A DNA stretch of 64,000 nt from Octopus vulgaris (GCA_951406725.2 OX597819.1:118296001-118360000); one strand, 5' to 3'. Shown: positions 1 to 13,411, counted from the first letter of the stretch. Numbers and translations are program-made. Notes: generated from the letters alone by a model not told the origin.

Positions 1-468
1 TTGTATATATATATATATATGTTTGTATATATAATAATAATAATAACAACGGCAACCCCCAACGATCTAAGGTGTGCAAGCACGCACGTGTATGTCAGAA
101 TGTCGCGTGGGGGTGAGTGTGAGCATGTGAGTGTGTGTATATATGCGTATGGACTTGTGTTTATACGTGATAATGTGTATGTACGTGTGTACATGTACGA
201 GGCTAACGCGTGTGTGCTTGTTCTGGTGGTGCGTGAACGTGTATGACCAAATAGCGTGCATGTATATAGTGTATGTTTGTGGGTAAATGTTTTCTGTGTG
301 TATGAGAGTTGCGTGTGTGTGTATATATATTGTCTGTGCTCAGGTATTATGTGCCTGTGTGGGTGTGGAAGCGTGCAGGATGCTTTGTGATGTGTGTACT
401 GAGTTAAATCTTGTGTGACGCTGCTTGTATAGTGGTATATGTAGTGACGCTTGTATAGTGGTATACAC

Positions 469-699
469 GGCGGCGAGCTGGCAGAAACGTCAACACGCCG
501 GGGGAACTGCTTTGCGGTATTTCGTCTGCCGCTACGTTCTGAGTTCAAATTCCGCCGAGATCGACTTTGCTTTTCATCCTTTCGGGGTCGATTAAATAAG
601 TACCAGTTATGCACTGGGGTCGATATAATTGACCTAATCCGTTTGTCTGTCCTTGTTTGTCCTTTCTGTGTTTAGCCCCTTGTGGCTAGTAAGGAAATA
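469..699 (+). mobile_element. tRNA-derived SINE family A (A1 tail), monomer
   Basis: Head GGCGGCGAGCTGGCAGAAACG (A-box-like), GAGTTCAAATTCC (B-box), central GCTTTTCATCCTTTCGGGGTCGATTAAATAAGTACCAG (resembles the Meta/MESC SINE domain, from memory), tail ending GAAATA; more than 10 homologues in the window. Confidence 0.9.
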
Positions 700-1477
700 T
701 GTATATGTGGTGACGCTATTGAAAATTGCGCGTGGGTTTTTTAATAATTGTGTGGTGAGGGTGCTGAGACGTGTTTGGTGCTAGTGTGTTTGGAGTGGGA
801 AGATGTTTGTGGGTATGTGTGACTTACTAAAATTAATATCATATTAATCTAAATGTTCAGCCTGTTTCACTAGATTAAACTCATTCCCGTTTGAATGTTG
901 TGAATCATTGTTATGTCCCAAAACTCCCAACTTTGCTAGAAGTAACTTTATTTAGTGACAACACTTTCAAATAAATGCAAAAGGAGTGTTTGGCAAATGA
1001 GTATTTGTTATAAATTGCATTCTTGTTGACGTATCCTTTAAGAAAACAAGGTCACATATCTTACACTTGCAGTTTCATATCTTCCTACGCAGTTATTCAA
1101 TCAAACTTTATACAGATGTACAAAATAAATAAATAAATAAAACTGCTGTGTTTGGAAAATGCTAAATGCTAGAAAGACAGATTGCAAGGCGTAAACATAA
1201 TGGGAAAACGAAAGCTTTTAGGTTCATATTACAATTTCCTTGGTCGTCATATCTCTATAATGAAGAAGCAATAATTCAGAAACAGTGTAGTTATCAAAGT
1301 AATTTTCCTGATATGTTAAGTGCATGATCTTTTGCTTTTCGTCCAGCCCTGAGTATAAATAGAGCCCCGATGGCGAGAATTTATTTTTAAATATTTTCTT
1401 TATTATTTTCATTAATATGATCTTTCATTCAACACTTTCAGATTGATTTTATAATGAAACTATAAGAAGAAGAATTT

Positions 1478-1557
1478 TGTTTAATGTCACATCTAATATA
1501 TTACGAATGACACTCATTGTTTAATGTCTCATCTAATATATTGCGAATGGCACTCAT
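1478..1557 (+). repeat. 40-bp tandem duplication upstream of SINE trimer
   Basis: TGTTTAATGTC(A/T)CATCTAATATATT(A/G)CGAATG(A/G)CACTCAT x2; the 18 bp at 1536-1553 recur at 2160-2177 on the far side of the SINE. Confidence 0.85.
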
Positions 1558-1560
1558 TAA

Positions 1561-2160
1561 GGCGGTGAGCTGGCAGAAACGTTAGAGCGCCGGACGAAAT
1601 GCATAGCGGTATTTCGTCTGTCGTTACGTTCTGAGTTCAAATTCCGCTGAGGTTGACTTTGCCTTTCATCCATTCGGGGTCGATAAATAAAGTGCCAGTT
1701 TCGCACTGGGGTCGATGTAATCGACTTAATCTCTTTGTCTGTCCTTGTTTGTCCCCTCTATGTTTAGCCCCTCGTGGATAATAAAGAAATAGGTATTTCG
1801 TCTGCCGCTACGTTCTGAGTTCAAATTCCGCTGAGGTCGACTTTGCCTTTCATCATTTCGGGGTCGATAAATAAAGTACCAGTCTCACACTGGGGTCGAT
1901 GTAATCGACTTAATCCCCGTGTCTGTCCTTGTTTGTCCCCTCTATGTTTAGCCCCTCGTGGATAATAAAGAAGTAGGTATTTCGTCTGCCGTTACGGTCT
2001 GAGTTCAAATTCCGCTGAAAGTCGACTTTGCCTTTCATCCTTTCGGGGTCGATAAATAAAGCACCAGTTTCGCACTGGGGTTGATGTAATCAACTTAATA
2101 TCTTTGTCTGTCCTTGTTTTTCTCCTCTATGTTTAGCCCCCTGTGGGTAGTACAGAAATA
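1561..2160 (+). mobile_element. SINE family A trimer: one head plus three ~184-bp bodies
   Basis: Bodies start at GGTATTTCG at 1608, 1792 and 1976; junctions GAA(A/G)TA|GGTATTTCG; TSD-like ATATATTGCGAATGGCAC at 1536-1553 and 2160-2177. Confidence 0.92.
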
Positions 2161-3859
2161 TATATTGCGAATGGCACACTTTGATTAAAGGAATGGAAAA
2201 CGCAAGGTGGAGGCTTGATACAAATGGCTACTATCCGTTTGCAGCTGATATCGAAGCAGGAAATTCCACGGTTATAACAAGCATCCGGATTAAAAAAACA
2301 AATAACTCGTATGATAATAGTTGTGTCTAATTCAAGTTCAAGTAGTTTGGATCAGACGACATGAGTCGATACTAAGCACGAATACTTGACTGTTACTTCC
2401 TGTTAGCAACTTACCAATGACAAAGACTAAATTTGACGACAGTGTGATTTGAACTCAGAACAAAGTGTTGGATGAAATATGACAAGTTATTTCTCAGACG
2501 CTCATAGATTTATGCTTTTGCACACAGATCTAAACTACTATTAATACTAATTATAACAGCAGCAGCAGGGGATATCCATTTTTTCCCCGGAGCGTGGATG
2601 ATAGGCGAAAAGATAAGGGTGTAATTTATAAAACAGTCCAATTTATAGCGCGATATGGAATTATGGCATGAACAACAACAACTACTACTACAGCGATAGT
2701 AGTAGTAATACAATCAATGACAGTTAATCAAACATTGTGTAGTTAATAAAATAATAATGATAGTGTTTGGAGTGAATGTTTGAAATAGAAAATATCGGAG
2801 TCAATTATCTTTTATTTGCAATCATAATAATATCTTTCCATAGGATTTTCAATGGCAATAATGACAGCAATCAGTTCCATGCTTAACAGATTGTGATGAA
2901 GTCTCCTTTAAATCTGTACTCAGCATCCCAAAATATACTAATTCACACGCGTATACAAACAGAGAAACACGTTCGTTTTTCATATACATGCACACACAGA
3001 GACCATGTATTCTGGAGGGCATTTTCTTTATTTCGCCTTTTGTCTGATTCAGAATCTGAATTTTATTTGCAGAACTAATATCAACTGAATGAATTATGTT
3101 GTTTCTTAGTACAAAATGAAACGTAGACCGCGCGCACACATACATACGATGTAAGATTCTCTAACAGCAAGTAAGATAAGCTTACATCGGTGTATGTGGG
3201 GAGAGAGACAGACAGACAGAGACAGGAGAGCGAGAGAGCAGAGAGAATTGTCATTTGATAGATGACTTAGAATGACTGATTAGTCTCTATAGAGCCTCTT
3301 GACTTGCGAGCAAGAACAACCGCAATTTCATCTAAACATTCAATCAACGATCGAATGAAAACGAAATTTATATTCGAAAATATAACGAAATTCTCCTTGA
3401 TGAAATGCAAGTAGGAGATGAAACAATTTCCACATCACAATTTACAGTTTCATATACTGAAAATGAGAAGTCCACTAAGAGGCATTTCGTCTGCATTTCA
3501 TGAATTCTCTCTTGATTTCGACAATGAGTATTAATTGAATAATTAAGTAAAGTACATACAGCAGTCCACTTGACGCGTGCAATGGGAAAGTGTCCAAAAG
3601 CAATCAAGCTGGTCTGACCTCACTAGATGAAAACGCTCTGACAAATGTGCCGTTGCTTCACTTTCCACAAACGCAGAGAGATGAAAGCTTGGCACCGATA
3701 CACACTAATCGAAAAAGGTTGATTACTGGGCTATGCCTGTGCTATATAGATATACTAAGAAAAGTGTATATCGATATATTTTCAACTATTACTTGTCTAA
3801 GATTCTGGACTTTGGCTAAGTTGGGGCTATGCATTGAAGAGTTTAGTGTGACAAATCTA

Positions 3860-4008
3860 TCCCAGCACATATTCTTAAGCATTGTAGTTATTTTATCGTT
3901 CTCGTTTCTCGAACTACTATGTTCAGGTTGCACAAAGAAACCATTTCCCATTGTTAGGCAGTACTGGAAGGATGAAAACAAAGGTGTGTGTGCGCGAGCA
4001 TACATACA

Positions 4009-4072
<64 letters not shown>

Positions 4073-4228
4073 CAGTATTTCACTTAATTTCTATCGTCTA
4101 AATTTACCCACAAAACGTGGGGTCCCACCGTTATAGAAGAAAGCATTTTCCAGAGGTGCCGCGTGCCATGGAATAAACTGGAAATCACCAAGTTGCGAAT
4201 CGAGCTTTTCGACCACTCAGGCACGGCA
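3860..4228 (-). mobile_element. Degenerate CORE-like SINE family B with internal (TA)n
   Basis: Degenerate similarity to family B (ttatagaaga...ccagaggtgccgcg...ttttcgaccact) on both sides of the (TA)n at ~4013-4070. Confidence 0.5.
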
Positions 4229-4937
4229 TAAATACACACACACACACATATATATATATAAGTATATATTTATATGCGTGTGTGTGTGTGTGGAACCAAT
4301 GTGGGTGCCTGCAACCAAAATAGATATGAGAAGCAAAAAATAAAATAAAATTATATATTCAAATGTGTTATTTTTTCCAATTATTTGCATTAACTCTCAA
4401 AAATAGGAAGAATTAAAACAAAGTTTGTAAAAAAAGAAGAAGCATTTAATGTAGAGTGAAATCAACATTAAAAGTTAGAATTTTCATATAATCCATGCTT
4501 TCATCGTTATATATGTTCACAAAACTAACATACATCATTTTTATATAGGAGTGTTATATTTTGTGTCAAACTGACATAGAAATATAAAGAATGAAATAAG
4601 ATATCAGTCTTTATGGAGACATGAAGTAATCAACAAGAAACGTAGAAGTTATATGAATGGGTTTTAATCATTCGATGTTGAAACTAAATTCCTGGAACAA
4701 ATAACAATGAAAACAAACAGTTTATATGTCAATAAAAGAATTAGTAATTCGTCTCTTAAATTTAAGATATTTACAAAAAAATAAATCGTGCGTCTAGAAT
4801 CGATACAGTATCAAGACAAAATAATGGGCTGCTCCTTATATATTAACTTGTGTAGTATAGAAATAGATTAAAGAATGTGATAGAGTCAGCGCATAAGGAT
4901 GGATTTACAATACAGGATAAAATTGCAAAATAGTGAC

Positions 4938-4941
<4 letters not shown>

Positions 4942-5000
<59 letters not shown>
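4942..5000. repeat. (TG)n microsatellite
   Basis: About 29 uninterrupted TG units. Confidence 0.95.
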
Positions 5001-5003
<3 letters not shown>

Positions 5004-5128
5004 TTTTTTTGTTTATATATTATTCATAAATTCCAGAGTAGCAAAAAAAACATTAAGAACATTTGTTTGCTACCAGTGGTCTAGTGAGAAACAAAAACTA
5101 GCCAATAGACTATATATTATTCATATAA

Positions 5129-5606
5129 AAATACAGTGTACATTTAAACACATAAGAAATGGCCATAACAGAACATATGACCCGCTTGAAGGAGTAGTTA
5201 AACTCAAAACCACTATCGAAAGCATTTACCCTCTATTACCTATACCATGGTTTCAAGCTATCTTCAGCAAATAAAATAATTTACATGCCGAAGCCTCGAC
5301 ATTAGAAAAGCCAAGACGAGGCTATACAAAACATGCATCGTGTTTACATGTTATAATTTTTCAAAATCCGCCTCGTCTTTATATGCTAATCTTGCCTTTC
5401 CTACTGACTAGAGCTTCGCCAAATAAATTATTTTATATGCTGAAGATAGCTTGAAACCATGGTATAGGAAATAGAGGGTAAATGTTTTTATTTTTCATTG
5501 CCTTTCGAAATTACCCCTAATAGTGGTTTGGAATTTGACTACTTCTTCTCCCGGGTCAGATGTCCTGTTATGGCCATCTTTTATGTGCTTAAATTACACT
5601 GTATTT
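5129..5606. repeat. Long imperfect inverted repeat (foldback or inverted element pair)
   Basis: Arm 5129-5322 is the reverse complement of arm 5370-5606; near-perfect core CATTTACCCTCTATTACCTATACCATGGTTTCAAGCTATCTTCAGCA versus TGCTGAAGATAGCTTGAAACCATGGTATAGGAAATAGAGGGTAAATG; ~47-bp spacer. Confidence 0.88.
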
Positions 5607-5610
5607 ATTA

Positions 5611-5666
<56 letters not shown>

Positions 5667-6510
5667 TGAATCGCAAAGATGTATGCATACAGTGTTTTCT
5701 AGTTCCATGAAATATTCGATATTTTAGTGAAGAAATGTATTATATTATGCAAGTATGTAATATTTATGTTGTTGAAATTTGTAAAATTTTCTAGTATTTA
5801 ATGTTTCATTTTATATACGTAGATTGGTTGCAAAACCATCAGGGTGCATTTCCCATGAATAGATCGAAGTGCCAGTGAGAAGTGTTATTCAAAAATGCTA
5901 TTTAATTAACCACATTAACCGAACATAAAGTGAATTAAGGTGCATATTTGTCTATAGTCACTTGAATCAATTCAGATATAGTTGATTAATTATACTTGAG
6001 TAAAAGCATGTAATGAACACAGCATACTATATCACGAAATAGACATATGTAATATTTGAAATCTGAAACAAGAGAGCTGCTAAATAAAGGCAATTATATT
6101 CTAAAGCGTTTATCATTTCGACAACGGTATAGATTACTTCTATTTGTGCAAAATGGTAGATTTAAAAGGTAGTATATCTAACACCCTCGCGCCCAAAACA
6201 TTTACCCAAATCACTTGAAAATAACTTCATAATACTCTATCGATATGCATCAGCTACACCTATTCTCCTGAGATAAATTGTTACAAAAGCAGTCTAAGAA
6301 CATGTATAAAGATTGATGTTTCCGATTGTCTTGAAACGCGATCTTCATTTCTCAGCTAATGGCTTCGAAAATTTGCACGCAAGTAACAAACTACCCAGGT
6401 AATATTCAGGAAAAGAGATTCTGATACTCAAATGTAACTGATTGCTAAGCACTTCTGTCTCATCTGTGTGTGCCCGCACGCACGCACACACACACACACA
6501 CACACACATA

Positions 6511-6844
6511 TACTCTATTACTCTTTTACTTGTTTCAGTCTTTTGACTGCGGCCATGCTGGAGCACAGCCATTAGTCGAGCAAATCGACCCCGGGACTTA
6601 TTCTTTGTAAGCCCAGTACTTATTCTATCGGTCTCTTTTGCCGAACCGCTAAGTGACGGGGACGTAAACACACCAGCATCGGTCGTCAAGCAATGCTAGG
6701 GGGACAAACTCACACACACAAACACACATATATATATACATATATACGACAGGCTTCTTTCAGTTTCCGTCTACGAAATCCACTCACAAGGGATTGGTCG
6801 GCCCGGGGCTATAGCACAATACACTTGCCCAAGATGACACGCAC
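6511..6844 (-). mobile_element. CORE-like SINE family B, 5'-truncated
   Basis: Reverse-complement match to the copies at 25887-26329 and 39556-39977 (ACACTTGCCCAAG, internal (CA)/(TA) tract, CTCTTTTACTTGTTTCAGTC tail). Confidence 0.9.
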
Positions 6845-6860
6845 TATATATATATATAGA

Positions 6861-7260
6861 CTTTTGCTCTTTTACTTGTTTCAGTCATTTGACCGTAGCC
6901 ATGCTGGTGCACCACATTTAGTCGAGCAAATCGACCCCAGGGCTTATTCTTTGTAAGCCTAGTACTTATTCTATCGGCCACTTTTGCCGAACCACCAAGT
7001 TACGGGGGCGTAAACATACCAGTATCGATTGTGAAGCGATGTTGGGGGGAACAAACACAGACACACAAACGTTTACACACACATATGTATACATATATAA
7101 GACAGGCTTCTTTCATTTTCCGTCTACCTAATCCACTCACAAGGCTTTGATCTGCCCGAGGCTATAGCATAAGACAGTTGGCCAAGGTGCCATGCAGTAG
7201 GACTGTACCTGGAATCATGTGGATCGTAAGCAAGCTACTTACCACGCAGCCACTCCTACG

Positions 7261-7262
<2 letters not shown>
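6861..7262 (-). mobile_element. CORE-like SINE family B, full length
   Basis: Head (reverse complement) GGCGTAGGAGTGGCTGCGTGGTAAGTAGCTTGC, CORE-like GGCACCTTGGCCAACTGTCTT, tail CTGAAACAAGTAAAAGAG. Confidence 0.9.
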
Positions 7263-7307
<45 letters not shown>

Positions 7308-7310
<3 letters not shown>

Positions 7311-7445
7311 ATGATCTTTCGTTTTCCGTCTACTAAATCCATTCATAAGCTTTTTGCCGGCCCGACGCTAGAGTAGAAGATGTTTCCCAAGGTGTCACGC
7401 AGGTGTGGTCGGGAGAAAACTTCTTATCACGCAACCACAGCAACG
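7308..7445 (-). mobile_element. CORE-like SINE family B, degenerate 5' half
   Basis: TTCCGTCTACTAAATCCATTCATAAGC...CCCAAGGTGTCACGCAG matches the family B 5' half. Confidence 0.7.
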
Positions 7446-7998
7446 CTTAACAAAATATTATATCCCTCTCCCTACTACACTTAGAAAATGGTTTTTGGTC
7501 CTCTGAAATATAAAGATGCATTTCACGCGTTCTTAAACCCAGATTAATTTACAATGTCTCAGCCAACCCTCCTCTTTTAAACTTGCAGGAAGCAATTTCT
7601 ACAAAGCCTTTCTTTTTCCGTTCAGAACAGCAACGCTTGGCAAAAAAAAAAAAAAAAAAAGAAAAAGAAAAGAGAACAAACAAAGAAAACAGCCTAAGAT
7701 TTTTCTAGAGACACAATGTTGTTGAAATTACAGTTAAACATCAGTAAACAATAACTAGCGTTTAATTCAATCAGCGTAAAATTATTATTGGAAATCTAAT
7801 TCATTAACAAATTGAAACGAAAAGTAAATTTCACAGCTGTTAAATATACATCATTTGTATGACACAAAAGAGGATGCAACACTCATCTATTCATAGAACG
7901 GTTATTTATAGTCTTTTTTCTTATTCAGTGGATCTCCCTGCACCTTTATGCATTAGCCAATGATAGCACACTGAACTAGCTAAAAGCAGTTTGAATAT

Positions 7999-8040
<42 letters not shown>

Positions 8041-8392
8041 CATTTTAAACTTTTCAACATGGTTTTTTTACAAAAGTATTGATAAGTATAATCGGTACTT
8101 ATCGAATGGCATTCTGGGTAAACAGATAACATAATGCATTTAATGCAGAGTGCACTTCAAAAATGTTATTTATCGGAAGACATCTTACGGCTTAAGTGAC
8201 ACGACTAAAGTATATCTCACAAAGTCAAGTATTGATTCTTGCGTTAAAAAGCACTTCTTGTACGATTTTGGAGAAAAATAAAATGCGAAACGAGAAAGAA
8301 AGAAAAACTAAAATTTATATATAAATAAATAATCCACACAGCACAAAAAAATAAACGTACAAAAATATAGACACTATTATTATTACTTCCAA

Positions 8393-8426
<34 letters not shown>

Positions 8427-8648
8427 GCTAATAATAATAATAATCCAATAAAATCGGCTACATATAATAGTAGCGTAACAGCAATCGTAGTGTTAATAAT
8501 GACATGAATAAAAATAAAAAATAAAAATGAATGAATGAAGTGAAATAGAAAAAATAGATGTAAAAAGATAATAATGGAACAGCTTGCTATCTTTGCAATC
8601 TATAAATATGTTTTCTTTTGTATTTTAGTACGATTGCATTCATACATT

Positions 8649-8685
<37 letters not shown>

Positions 8686-8701
8686 GCAGTTAAGCACACG
8701 C

Positions 8702-8745
<44 letters not shown>

Positions 8746-9089
8746 CCATTACAGCATTACATAGACAAGTGAATGTGTATGCCTGTATATGTGTATCGAT
8801 ATGAGCATGTCAAAGGCGGGGGAGGAGAATATAAAATAATACACACACCAAATTTGGTGCATACCAAAATGTTTATGAAAAACTAAAATATTTTTCTGTT
8901 ATTTTTACCATTGTTCTAATTTTGTTTTTGTTAAAGAGGCGATAATGCCATTTCAGCATTATAGTATATCTTTGTGTGCGGTGGTTGTTGGTTTTTGCTT
9001 GAACTTTTAGCACCAAGCTGTACCATTTTATATCTATAAGATAATGGGTCTAGTATTAAGCATCGCGGTAATTCTAGACTTAAAAAGAA

Positions 9090-9620
9090 AACGTAAATTA
9101 AGAAACTGCTATAAAGCAATAATAAACACTGAAAGTGTAATTGAAAGAAGTACAGAAAATGTAAGGAGAGAAATCAGAGATGATGAGAAAAAGAAAGAGA
9201 AAATGAAGTAATAAATGAAAGTGTGATAAAGGTTCGAGGAAAAGGTGAAGAAACGTGAATGTGGTGATAGAGAAAGAAATATAAATGCTCAAATTTGAAG
9301 AAAAAGATTAAGGAAATTTTAAAATGATTGAGGAAGCGTTAAGATGAAAGAGGGAAATGTTTTTAGAAAAGTAAAAATATAAATAAATTCAAAATGATTG
9401 AAGGAGTGTAAAATGAAGGAATAATGAATAAATAAATTTTGTGGTAGGAAATGTGTAAGAAGGAGTTCTGCAGATGACAAAAGTGAAAGAAGTAAATGGA
9501 ATAACAGCAAGATTATAAGAAATTCAAAAGGAGAACAAGGAAATGAAAATGGGTGAAATGTTGAAAATGTTTTAAGAAAAAAATGTTTAAAGAAAAAACG
9601 CGAAAGGACTTAGGAAATTA
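9090..9620 (+). other. Purine-skewed low-complexity tract
   Basis: Strong A/G excess on the + strand with no clear period. Confidence 0.6.
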
Positions 9621-11790
9621 AATATGATCATACCGAGAAAGGTATTGTTACGTGACTGCTTGAACTTTTAAGAACAAAGGTAAAATTTGACACTATACGA
9701 CAGGTCGTAAAATTTTGTGTTAAAAATATACAGCACTGGCATGATCATGTCTGGAACCTGAAAATGGTGTCTTTTGGATGAAAGAAGACCTCAGGCTATG
9801 CAATAAGAATTAGTCGAATTCCCTCTATTATTAAATTGCCTTCCACGAAAATGAAAGAGAATTAAACAGAACTTAAATATCTTGAAGGAAAATTTACTGT
9901 GTATTAATCTATTCATATGTGAGTAGAAAGACAAATGAAGATATGTAAAATGACTATCAGATAGTGGGAGCGAGAATGACAGAGTGAGGGAATGAGTGTG
10001 AGAGAGAGAAAATGAGAATGAGAGAGAGAGAAAGAGTGAGATACTATTTAATGTAATGTGACTAGCCGAATTATATCGGATGTTATACAAATTATTTAAC
10101 TCCGTACATACAATGCAGAATTTAATCAACAATATATATAGTTATTAATCCAGAAGCAATCTGGTTCGTGCAAAGTGAACGATTTCTGCTTGGTTTCATT
10201 AATTTTTCAGCTTGGCCAGAGTACAGTATGATAGATCTGTTCTGCACTTTGAAAATCCAAACCCCTTTCTCTAACAACCCATCGAAATGCTGACAAAAGC
10301 ATCGTCGATATTCCGTAGATAAAAGTAGAGAACAAACTATTTTTTTCTTTTATTACGGATATAATCGCAGCCGTGACGCTGTTCACATTAAACATACTTA
10401 TTCCAAGATATCTGCAAATAGATCAAGCGAAAGAAAATACCTACAAACCGGAGACACCGAAATGAACTGGATGTAGATTGGAATGGAAGGAACGCTTTAT
10501 AGAAAACTTAGCATAGAAACGTAGTGGAAATGATTAGAATATTTTAGATAAAATACTCAAAGAGTGATGAAAGAAAATTTTAGAAAAAAACATAGGGAAA
10601 GGTAAGGCGGAAAAAAAGATGGAGAATAAATAAATAAAAATGAATTACCATCGATAAATGTGCTAAAGCAGATAATATATTTATCAAAATTATAATGCAA
10701 TGCTCTAGACGCTGTCTAGACAACAATCTTTAAAATATTATCATTAATAATCGACAACGACAGGAACAGATGCAATAAAAAGAAATATCAAGAAAGAAAC
10801 TATCGAAAATAACACCCACAATAAGAACAAGTATTCGACATTAAGCATATGACAACTAATAATAGTTGTAATAATAATAGATTTTCAGTGGAATAATGAA
10901 AGTGAATTGAAAATATGAGCATATGCACAATCGATCGTCTTTATAGCCTATGTAAGTAACATTGTTACATACTATTTAATCCATTTTCTGTTGAGAACAC
11001 ATAAATCAAATAATATATGGTAGTGAACGAAACGTCTTTGAGCTACAGACAACTAAAGAACAGTCGAAACAATAACATTTTAGTTATTACTATCGAAAAC
11101 AATAAACAGTAACAAAGTACTAGAAGTGTTATAACTAGAAAAATCAACAAAATATAGCCCGCATTGATAAGGCTCCATTTATATTCCTAATGCAGGTAAT
11201 ATATTTCATATATAGAAATTTGCCAGGAAGAAATAAATAATTCCCGGAGGAAGAAACGAAATCGAACGTTTCGGGCACAAGTCTTCGAACGAAGAAGAGA
11301 TGAAGGGCTGTGTACGAAATGCGACATTTTTTTTCTGCTTAAACACCACAATTTATTTCATTTATTAAATTATAGTATTTACCATTTTGTGATTTTGACC
11401 TAATTTTATCAGATTAATTGGTGCTACATCTAACTTTTTACAACGACCTAATGATCATTGAAATAGGCTTAAATCTACAAAGTAAACTTACGAAAGAACT
11501 TATTGGTATAAACCTGTATACACACGTGTACATTTATGAGGTATGGTATAAGAAACATTATATACCTTACAATCGAGAAAAAAAAAAAAATTGCATAAAA
11601 CACATGCATTCATAGATAAGGAATTTTTATATTCCGAAATATTATATGACATTATGGATGATTAAATTAAACCACTTACTATAGCCCGTTGTTGTTATCA
11701 CACTGCATTGTTGCGCCATTCAAAACATATTACTATTTACTATTATTATTGTTTACAAATAACACACAATGCGTCAAGCGAATTACAATA

Positions 11791-11831
<41 letters not shown>

Positions 11832-12593
11832 TCTCGCACACACTTGTGCTAACGGTCGGGACTGTTTTGTTAGTGCAACAGGATAATAATAATAATAAAA
11901 GCAGTTGCGAGGGAATACGCCATATGCGAAATATAATATCGATTTTTCTGGCACCCAAAATAAGTCTATAAAATATCTAGAACCGTGCTTTCAATACGGA
12001 GTTCTTGCTTTCAATAGTGTCACGTAAAAAAAAGAAGATAGGTTTTATGAATGGGGGTTACTGCGTTTATTCCTATATTTATGTGGGATAGCTATGTTTA
12101 CTAAAGTAAAAAGACTTGTCTAATGAAAGTTGTTTGGAATCAATGAAACTGAATGACTTCATGTTTCTAAAATATATTATTGCCAGTGAAGAACGAAAAT
12201 AATGATAGAATCGTCTTTCAAAGAAATATTGAGATGCGAAATAACAATTAAATGAATTTTACTGCAAACGGATACAAGAATAAGTTCAGTAGGTTATAAT
12301 GGAAAACAAATAATTTACTTAAAAAGTAGTGTAAATTGACCCTGTCCAGTCCCAAATCACACCTTCAGAAAATATAAATCAGAGGAAGTTGGTTGGAGAG
12401 ACGTGATGCAAGCACGTTTCTCCTGTTTTGTCTTAAAATCCTACGGTCATGACAGGAAGTATCTAAGTGTGGCTATTAGATAGAAGACCGTTTGGATGAA
12501 CTAAAGTTTAACCAGCTGAAATATGAAAACTTACAGTACAGACATATTGATTGAGAAATCGCTTCAAAGTTTTTCTCATAGAAATATACTTGG

Positions 12594-12624
<31 letters not shown>

Positions 12625-13411
12625 AAGTAGCCATTCTAAATAAATAAATGAAAATATCAGCAGGGCGACAAAAGATTATCTTCAGGTTAAGAAGGTCACA
12701 GTTCATTTAAATGACAGGAAAAATGGCGAAGTTCACTACAAATTCGCTTATTTAAGCGAAATGAATAAAACACATTCACAGTAATGTAAATATATTAGAA
12801 GATTGTTTTCTTTTAAATGTTTTAAGATTAAATTTCTATACTTTACAATCACGGTAATCAAAGTATGTCACTAGATACTAAGCAATGGCATATTCCGCAA
12901 CGTTTACACGGCATCGGCGCTTCGTTACTTTTTGCATAGGTAAGTTCAATATGAATATATGCTGAATATAAATATGAGACAAACAGACTCCATTATTATG
13001 AATTACTTTAAGTAATTTGCGAGGAAATGTACGAACTGGTACATTTATAGCACACAACATAAATTCTCAATTCCTGTTACACTATGAGGAATACAAACAA
13101 TGGTTTTATTGATATATACTGAAATACAAAAAAAAAAAAAAAAAAAAAACTTTGCTCTGTAAAAGATTATTTGTTTCATACACAATATTGAGATTATATG
13201 GATTTTTATCACATTTTTAGATAATTTAACAGCAGAAAGATGTCACTGATCCACAAAACCACTCTCTGATTAAAACAAAGATTGCATGTAAGGTTCGAAC
13301 TCGCTCACTTCATGAACATGGTAATGCTCGCAAACGCATCTTTATGAAAAGCATGATGCATATGCAAGACGTTTGACTCATTGGGTATAAAAGGCACCCA
13401 AATTTACCAGC

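Noticed and set aside
1608-2160. 184-bp tandem units as a hammerhead retrozyme or CRISPR array
   Set aside because: No CUGANGA/GAAA core found on either strand and no unique spacers; the units are SINE bodies
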